Below, piece by piece: positions 55,586 to 64,000 of a DNA stretch of 64,000 nt. This stretch comes from Eledone cirrhosa. Its lineage: Eukaryota. Position 1 is the first letter of the stretch, and each line of letters opens with the position of its first letter. The notes under the pieces were generated by a model. That model worked only from the letters and a program-made list of their open reading frames with translations, did not search any database and was not told the DNA's origin. Where the stretch lies: positions 6,324,001 to 6,388,000 of the forward strand of contig OZ024766.1 of the NCBI GenBank assembly GCA_964016885.1. Reading direction: 5' to 3'. A program made the translations under genes and the position numbers.

Positions 55586-55968
55586 TATGTGTGCATATAA
55601 ATATATATATATCTATTTATAAATATTATATATATACTTATATATATATAATTATATATATATATATATGTGCATATAAATATATATATATCTATTTATA
55701 AATATTATATATATTATATATATACTTATATATATATTATATATATTTATTTATATATATTGCTGGCCTTGTGCCAAGACGCAGAAACAATTATATATAT
55801 ATATATTTTATATATATATTTTATATTTATATATATTTTTTATATATATATATATATATATTTTTTATATATATATTTTTTATATATATATATTTTAAAT
55901 ATATATATATATTTTATATATATATATATATATATTTTATATATATATATATATTTTATATATATATA

Positions 55969-56027
<59 letters not shown>

Positions 56028-56784
56028 TTTTATATATATATATATATATATTTTTTATATATATATATATTTTTTATATATATATATATTTTATATTTAT
56101 ATATATATTTTATATTTATATATATTTTATATATATATATATTTTTTATATATATATATTTTATATATATATATATATATATGTATAAATGTGTGTATAT
56201 TTATGTGTATGTATCAGAGTGGTGACTTGTTGGGGTGTGGCAGGCGTGGTGTAGTAGAGTATGATGTGGCATAACGTGATCCATGATGGTGGTGTGGTGT
56301 GGTGTGGTGGTGTGGTGTGGTGTGGTGTGGTGTGGTGTGGTGTGGTGTGGTGTAGTCTGGTGTGGTGTGGTGTAGTGGTGTGGTGTGGTGTGGTGTGGTG
56401 TGGTGTGGTGTGGTGTGGTCTGGTGTGGTGTGGTGTGGTGTGGTGTGGTCTGGTGTGGTCTGGTGTGGTGTGGTGTGGTGTGTGATGGCTCGGTGGTGTG
56501 GTGTGGTGTGTGATGGCTCGGTGGTGTGGTGTGGTGTGTGATGGCTCGGTGGTGTGGTGTGTAATGGCTCGGTGGTGTGGTGTGTGATGGCTCTGTGGTG
56601 TGGTGTGGTGTGTGATGGCTCGGTGGTGTGGTGTGGTGTGTGATGACTCGGTGGTGTGGTGTGGTGGGATGACAACAGACTAATATTTCTCACATTGGGA
56701 ATCTATAATGCTATAAAAATTGACAAACAACAATTTAAGCAAAATTAATAACCAGCAAAAATGGCTGATGTCTCGTATATGTGT

Positions 56785-59392
56785 GGATGGAGAGATTTTG
56801 GTAGGAAGAGGCTGTGCTGATGCCTGCTAGTAACGGGTGTAGATTTGGTTGTGAATGAGTTGATGGGGAGATTTTGGTAGGAAGAGGTTGTGCTGATGCC
56901 TGCTAGTAACGGGTGTAGATTTGGTTGTGAATGAGTTGATGGGGAGATTTTGGTAGGAAGAGGTTGTGCTGATGCCTGCTAGTAACGGGTGTAGATTTGG
57001 TTGTGAATGAGTTGATGGGGAGATTTTGGTAGGAAGAGGTTGTGCTGATGCCTGCTAGTAACGGGTGTAGATTTGGTTGTGAATGAGTTGATGGGGAGAT
57101 TTTGGTAGGAAGAGGTTGTGCTGATGCCTGCTAGTAACGGGTGTAGATTTGGTTGTGAATGAGTTGATGGGGAGATTTTGGTAGGAAGAGGCTGTGCTGA
57201 TGCCTGCTAGTAACGGGTGTAGATTCGGTTGTGAATGAGTTGATGGGGAGATTTTGGTAGGAAGAGGTTGTGCTGATGCCTGCTAGTAACGGGTGTAGAT
57301 TTGGTTGTGAATGAGTTGATGGGGAGATTTTGGTAGGAAGAGGTTGTGCTGATGCCTGCTAGTAACGGGTGTAGATTTGGTTGTGAATGAGTGGATAGGG
57401 AGATTTTGGTAGGAAGAGGTTGTGCTGATGCCTGCTAGTAACGGGTGTAGATTTGGTTGTGAATGAGTTGATGGGGAGATTTTGGTAGGAAGAGGTTGTG
57501 CTGATGCCTGCTAGTAACGGGTGTAGATTTGGTTGTGTATAAGTGGATGGGGAGATTTTGGTAGGAAGAGGCTGTGCTGATGCCTGCTAGTAACGGGTGT
57601 AGATTCGGTTGTGAATGAGTTGATGGGGAGATTTTGGTAGGAAGAGGTTGTGCTGATGCCTGCTAGTAACGGGTGTAGATTTGGTTGTGAATGAGTTGAT
57701 GGGGAGATTTTGGTAGGAAGAGGTTGTGCTGATGCCTGCTAGTAACGGGTGTAGATTTGGTTGTGAATGAGTGGATAGGGAGATTTTGGTAGGAAGAGGT
57801 TGTGCTGATGCCTGCTAGTAACGGGTGTAGATTTGGTTGTGAATGAGTTGATGGGGAGATTTTGGTAGGAAGAGGTTGTGCTGATGCCTGCTAGTAACGG
57901 GTGTAGATTTGGTTGTGAATGAGTGGATAGGGAGATTTTGGTAGGAAGAGGCTGTGCTGATGCCTGCTAGTAACGGGTGTAGATTTGGTTGTGAATGAGT
58001 TGATGGGGAGATTTTGGTAGGAAGAGGTTGTGCTGATGCCTGCTAGTAACGGGTGTAGATTTGGTTGTGAATGAGTTGATGGGGAGATTTTGGTAGGAAG
58101 AGGTTGTGCTGATGCCTGCTAGTAACGGGTGTAGATTTGGTTGTGAATGAGTGGATAGGGAGATTTTGGTAGGAAGAGGCTGTGCTGATGCCTGCTAGTA
58201 ACGGGTGTAGATTTGGTTGTGAATGAGTTGATGGGGAGATTTTGGTAGGAAGAGGTTGTGCTGATGCCTGCTAGTAACGGGTGTAGATTTGGTTGTGAAT
58301 GAGTTGATGGGGAGATTTTGGTAGGAAGAGGTTGTGCTGATGCCTGCTAGTAACGGGTGTAGATTTGGTTGTGAATGAGTTGATGGGGAGATTTTGGTAG
58401 GAAGAGGTTGTGCCGATGCCTGCTAGTAACGGGTGTAGATTTGGTTGTGAATGAGTTGATGGGGAGATTTTGGTAGGAAGAGGCTGTGCTGATGCCTGCT
58501 AGTAACGGGTGTAGATTTGGTTGTGAATGAGTTGATGGGGAGATTTTGGTAGGAAGAGGTTGTGCTGATGCCTGCTAGTAACGGGTGTAGATTTGGTTGT
58601 GAATGAGTGGATAGGGAGATTTTGGTAGGAAGAGGCTGTGCTGATGCCTGCTAGTAACGGGTGTAGATTTGGTTGTGAATGAGTTGATGGGGAGATTTTG
58701 GTAGGAAGAGGCTGTGCTGATGCCTGCTAGTAACGGGTGTAGATTTGGTTGTGAATGAGTGGATAGGGAGATTTTGGTAGGAAGAGGCTGTGCTGATGCC
58801 TGCTAGTAACGGGTGTAGATTTGGTTGTGAATGAGTTGATGGGGAGATTTTGGTAGGAAGAGGTTGTGCTGATGCCTGCTAGTAACGGGTGTAGATTTGG
58901 TTGTGAATGAGTTGATGGGGAGATTTTGGTAGGAAGAGGTTGTGCTGATGCCTGCTAGTAACGGGTGTAGATTTGGTTGTGAATGAGTGGATAGGGAGAT
59001 TTTGGTAGGAAGAGGCTGTGCTGATGCCTGCTAGTAACGGGTGTAGATTTGGTTGTGAATGAGTTGATGGGGAGATTTTGGTAGGAAGAGGTTGTGCTGA
59101 TGCCTGCTAGTAACGGGTGTAGATTTGGTTGTGAATGAGTGGATAGGGAGATTTTGGTAGGAAGAGGCTGTGCTGATGCCTGCTAGTAACGGGTGTAGAT
59201 TTGGTTGTGTATGAGTGGATAGGGAGATTTTGGTAGGAAGAGGTTGTGCTGATGCCTGCTAGTAACGGGTGTAGATTTGGTTGTGAATGAGTTGATGGGG
59301 AGATTTTGGTAGGAAGAGGCTGTGCTGATGCCTGCTAGTAACGGGTGTAGATTTGGTTGTGTATAAGTGGATGGAGAGATTTTGGTAGGAAA
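56785..59392. repeat. 76-bp satellite (about 34 copies)
   Basis: ggggagattttggtaggaagaggttgtgctgatgcctgctagtaacgggtgtagatttggttgtgaatgagttgat, near-identical copies. Confidence 0.97.
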
Positions 59393-59429
59393 GTATGTAT
59401 ATATACATATATACATACATATACATACA

Positions 59430-59999
59430 TGTATCCCAGTACAACCTGTCTCATGGTCGGGTCGTTGGCGACTAAACTGGCAACCCCACCAAGGTTTCTT
59501 GGTGAGGAGGGTGACTTTGGACATCCTGCAGGACTAAAAACAAAACCTGTCAAAGGAGCTCTTAAGAGTCAATGGCCATCCAAAATCACCGGGAGAGATG
59601 ACCCCTTAGCCTTTGTCAGGGCAGAATTCTAGGAGAAGGAAAACTCTGATATAACACCTGCAGCCCTGATGGTATCCAATGATGTTGACTTGTTCTTCTT
59701 TTTGGTAAATACCATCTTGGTTAAGAGAGTGGGACTGGCTTTGTGCAGTGCCTTTGCTCGCTATAAAAGCTTCACGGCACAGGCATTGCTTTATATCTGG
59801 AGATCTCTCTGCACTTGTCGTCACATGGTACCATGGGCCCAGCACTATGTGTCAATAATTGTCACAAGTGTAGTGTTTGTACCAGAGTTTTCAAGTCGCT
59901 GGCTGGACTAAAAAGTCACACTCGTTCAGCGCATCGGTAGGGGTTCTCCTACATGGATATAAAGTAGTGGCCGTACTCGAAAACGAGTTGGCAGCCACC

Positions 60000-60000
<1 letters not shown>
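59430..60000 (+). mobile_element. Short RTE-derived element (5' UTR-like part fused to a 3' end)
   Basis: The 5' part contains ctaggagaaggaaaactctga. The 3' ~335 bp is shared with 17310-17645 and there encodes C2H2-like HKCSVCTRVFKSLAGLKSH. Confidence 0.6.
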
Positions 60001-60049
<49 letters not shown>

Positions 60050-60667
60050 TGTTAGTGGTTGTGTTATGTACTCAGTTGACTATCCTTGGTGTCTGTAAAA
60101 CTCCCACCCCCATCCCCACTACCACAACACCACCCACACCCTCTAGGGTGATTGTGTGTGTGTTCCCCGCCCCCCTCCACCCTGTGTGGGGGTGTGGGGG
60201 TGTAGATGTTAAGTAGGAAGTAGGAAGAGGAAGTAGGACCCCCTCCGCCACCCCACAACCCACCACCCCCACAACCATCCTCCGAAAACTTCTCCCCTCA
60301 CCCCCTCCTCAGTAAACTAGCTCCCTACACAAGTCCCTAACAGCCAAACCCTAACCCCAACCCTAACCCCTCATCCCTCATCCAGCTGACATGAGGAAAT
60401 GCATGGAAAAAATAAAAAAAATAACTCTAAACAACCAAACAATAAAGGGGCACAGAGTATCTCCCCTCCAACTCACCCCCCTCATTTCATCCTTCCCTTC
60501 ACCCCTATCTACCCCTTAACCACCCTTTCCCCTGAACCCCCCCCCCCAGCCCTGCAGGAAATCAGAACCCCCCCTGCTGTTACTGGTGGTAGCTGGGTGG
60601 GTGGGAATGTGGCTGAAAATTTAAACACACACTCACTTTTTTTTATGTACATATATATATATATACA

Positions 60668-61009
60668 TATCATCATCATCATTTTATGTCCACTTTTCCC
60701 TGATTGCAAGGGAGGGAGGGAGGGGTTCTCTTCAGCACAGCATCTCTCCACTTGTCACGGTCCTTCCTTCGTCATGAACCCCCCCCGCCCCTCCCCGTGA
60801 GCTTCAGCGATCTGAGGTCTGCTCTCACCATCTCCGCCCATGTTTTTCGCGGTCTCCCTCTACTGCGTCTTCCTTCTACTGGGATTTCTTGGCACCTCTT
60901 TGCCCAGCGGTCATCCTCCATGCGCATCACATGTCCATACCATCGCAGTCACCTCTCCCGCACACTACAGCTTATCCCTCGTATACACAGGTTCTTGCTC
61001 AACTCGTTC

Positions 61010-61010
<1 letters not shown>
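60668..61010 (-). mobile_element. RTE LINE 3' fragment (same family as 14912-15182)
   Basis: Reverse complement of the ...LRWYGHVMRMEDDRWAKRC...GRPRKTW segment, with an (ATG)n tail. Confidence 0.85.
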
Positions 61011-61045
<35 letters not shown>

Positions 61046-62177
61046 CATCCAGGCCGAAACAAATGAGATCGTGTAGGTGTCACGACAAAAAACACACAGT
61101 CCACGCTGTAATGTGGCCGTGTAGGCAACACGGTAAAAACCTCCCAGTCTACACTGTAAATGTGGTTGGTGTTAGGAAGGGCATCCAACTGTAGAAAACC
61201 CGCCAGACAGTCCTATGCGAGCAAGACAATCACTCTTGCCTCAAGTGGGAAAACCCCCGTCCAAACCCATGCAAGCGTGGAACACGGACGTTAAACATTG
61301 ATGATGATATATATATATCAAAGGCATATATTGAGTTAGAAACTCAAAATAGTCTCTTACAATAAATTAGCTCTAGGAAAGAGATTTTTCCGAGCCGTAT
61401 ATTATAACTGAATATAAAAGAAAGATAAACACAGATATATATATATAGAGAGAGGCACATGGCTTAGTGGTTAGAGCATTGGCCTTGCAATCGAAAGGTT
61501 GTGAGTTCAATTCTCAGACGGGTGATGTGTTGTTTCCTTGAGCAAGACACTTTATTTTACATTGCTCCAGTTTACTCAGCTCTAGAAATGAGATGATAGG
61601 GACTGGGGTCCATATCATTCCACTGCAAAGTGGTCGTGGAGGTGCCACGACAAAAAAGCACCCAGCACTCACTGTAAATGAGGTTGGTGTTAGGAAGGGC
61701 ATCCAGCTGTAGAAATCAAGCCTGAATCAGTTCCCGTCCCACCCTTGCAAGCAGGGAAAAAACGGGACGTAAAATGAAATGGTGATGATGATGATGATGT
61801 ATTTATATTGTTGTTGTCATCGTTTAATGGCTATCTTCCAGGCTAACATTTAATTGTGTGTCAGGGGACAATGTCTTGCTCGTATAGGACTGTTTCTGGC
61901 TGGTTTTCTACAGCTGGATGCCCTTCCGAACACCAACCACATTTACAGTGTGTGCTGGGTGCTTTTGTTGTGACACCTACACGACCACTTTACAGTGTAG
62001 ACTGGATATTTTGTGGTACCAACATTTTATATATATATATATCATCATCATCATCATCATCATCATCGTTTAACGTCTATCTTCCTCGTTCTGTTGAAAC
62101 TGGCTGTAACTGGTTGTTCAAACTGATGTTAAGGTATTGTTCTCAAAATAAATACTTTCAAAATCTCATAGATTCGA

Positions 62178-62695
62178 TATTATGTGAGGTATTATGTGAG
62201 GTAAAGCCTTTACTGTGAAAATACAATAGTATATATAGAGTAATGTAAATGTTATGTGAGATATTATGTGAGGTAAAGCTTTTACTGTGAAAATACAATA
62301 GTATATATAGAGTAATGTAAATGTTATGTGAGGTATTATGTGAGGTAAAGCCTTTACTGTGAAAATACAATAGTATATATAGAGTAATGTAAATGTTATG
62401 TGAGATATTATGTGAGGTAAAGCCTTTACTGTGAAAATACAATAGTATATATAGAGTAATGTAAATGTTATGTGAGATATTATGTGAGGTAAAGCCTTTA
62501 CTGTGAAAATACAATAGTATATATAGAGTAATGTAAATATTATGTGAGATATTATGTGAGGTAAAGCCTTTACTGTGAAAATACAATAGTATATATAGAG
62601 TAATGTAAATGTTATGTGAGATATTATGTGAGGTAAAGCCTTTACTGTGAAAATACAATAGTATATATAGAGTAATGTAAATGCTAAAGGGTTAA
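62178..62695. repeat. 72-bp tandem repeat (about 7 copies)
   Basis: tattatgtgaggtaaagcctttactgtgaaaatacaatagtatatatagagtaatgtaaatgttatgtgaga. Confidence 0.95.
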
Positions 62696-62732
62696 AATGC
62701 CCAAGAAATGCCATGGAATTTTACAGCTCTGT

Positions 62733-62837
62733 ATACAGTGTGTTCCCAAAAAATGTGTACACACTTTGATTACCTGTACAGGCAATATTTATTAGAATGC
62801 TGTTGAAATGTGAATACATTTTTGGGGACACCCTGTA
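62733..62837. mobile_element. Small mariner-type MITE
   Basis: TA|CAGTGTGTTCCCAAAAAATGT ... ACATTTTTGGGGACACCCTG|TA. Related ends at about 28689 and 46328-46506. Confidence 0.7.
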
Positions 62838-62922
62838 TTTATGTATGTGTGTATGTATGTGTGTTTATATATGAATGCCTATGTGTATGTATATATATAT
62901 ATATATATATATATGGGTGTGC

Positions 62923-62962
<40 letters not shown>

Positions 62963-63149
62963 GTGTGTGTGTATATATACATGTGTGTCTCTCTCTCTAT
63001 ATATATATGTATATATTCAAACATATATATATCTACAGGTATACAGACATATATATATATATGCATATCTACACTTATGCGTATATATATATATACACAA
63101 ACATACACTCACACACACACACGCACATACATATATATATATACACACT

Positions 63150-63218
<69 letters not shown>

Positions 63219-63319
63219 TCTTATACATACATGTGGATACAATTTAATTTGCCTTTAAAATTGCCAAAAACATGTCTACATTTTGGGTGGACATGTGTTT
63301 ATAGTTGTGGTGGTGTGTA

Positions 63320-63365
<46 letters not shown>

Positions 63366-63378
63366 GTATATATATATG

Positions 63379-63416
<38 letters not shown>

Positions 63417-63455
63417 TGTATGTATATGTATGTATCTATATATATATATATATGT

Positions 63456-63487
<32 letters not shown>

Positions 63488-63518
63488 GTATATATATATG
63501 TATGTATATGTATGTATG

Positions 63519-63550
<32 letters not shown>

Positions 63551-63654
63551 TATGTATATATATATTTATATATGTATATATATATATGTATGTATATGTA
63601 TGTATGTATCTATATATGTATGTATGTATCTATATATATATGTATATATATATT

Positions 63655-63720
<66 letters not shown>

Positions 63721-64000
63721 TATGTATATATATTTATATATGTATATATATATTTATGTATGTATATGTAAGTATGCATATATATATGTATATATATATA
63801 TATATATACATATATATATACATATATATGTATATCATTTCATTTTTTTTTTTTCATTTCATTTTTTACGTCCGCTTTTCCCTGCTTGCAAGGGTGGGAC
63901 GGGAACTGATTCTGGCTTGATTTCTACAGCTGGATGCCCTTCCTAACACCAACCTCATTTACAGTGAGTGCTGGGTGCTTTTTTTGCCGTGGCACCTCCA

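Noticed and set aside
56785-59392. CRISPR-like regular array
   Set aside because: There are no unique spacers and no cas genes, and the context is eukaryotic.
59455-59525. HDV-like ribozyme in the RTE-like 5' segment
   Set aside because: I could not build the nested double pseudoknot by eye.
60335-60370. Telomeric (CCCTAA)n
   Set aside because: Only 2-3 imperfect units in a C-rich low-complexity region.

Overview
This is AT-rich, microsatellite-dense animal genomic DNA; the SINE/LINE repertoire suggests a coleoid cephalopod such as Octopus (inference). Almost all long ORFs in the track are artefacts of (TA)n/(CA)n runs or tandem repeats. Two real spliced genes lie tail-to-tail. On + are the last nine coding exons of the lysosomal amino-acid transporter/mTORC1 sensor SLC38A9 (4794-20103), including a 24-nt microexon. 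On - is a complete 10-coding-exon ferrochelatase FECH (41106-30614, 413 aa by my exon sum). The rest is mobile DNA: two tRNA-derived SINE families, RTE, CR1, Tx1-like and R4-like LINE remnants, Penelope-like element (PLE) RT and GIY-YIG fragments, a deleted Helitron, mariner/hAT-type MITEs, and many minisatellites grown from TE fragments. The most striking hidden layer is about a dozen type I hammerhead-ribozyme folds from several unrelated sequence families. Many are minimal, with palindromic stem III loops, and several have a pyrimidine-pyrimidine mismatch at the base of stem II. Many sit in head-to-head foldback structures between (TA)n tracts, some in the sense strand of both genes' introns. 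All folds were done by eye.
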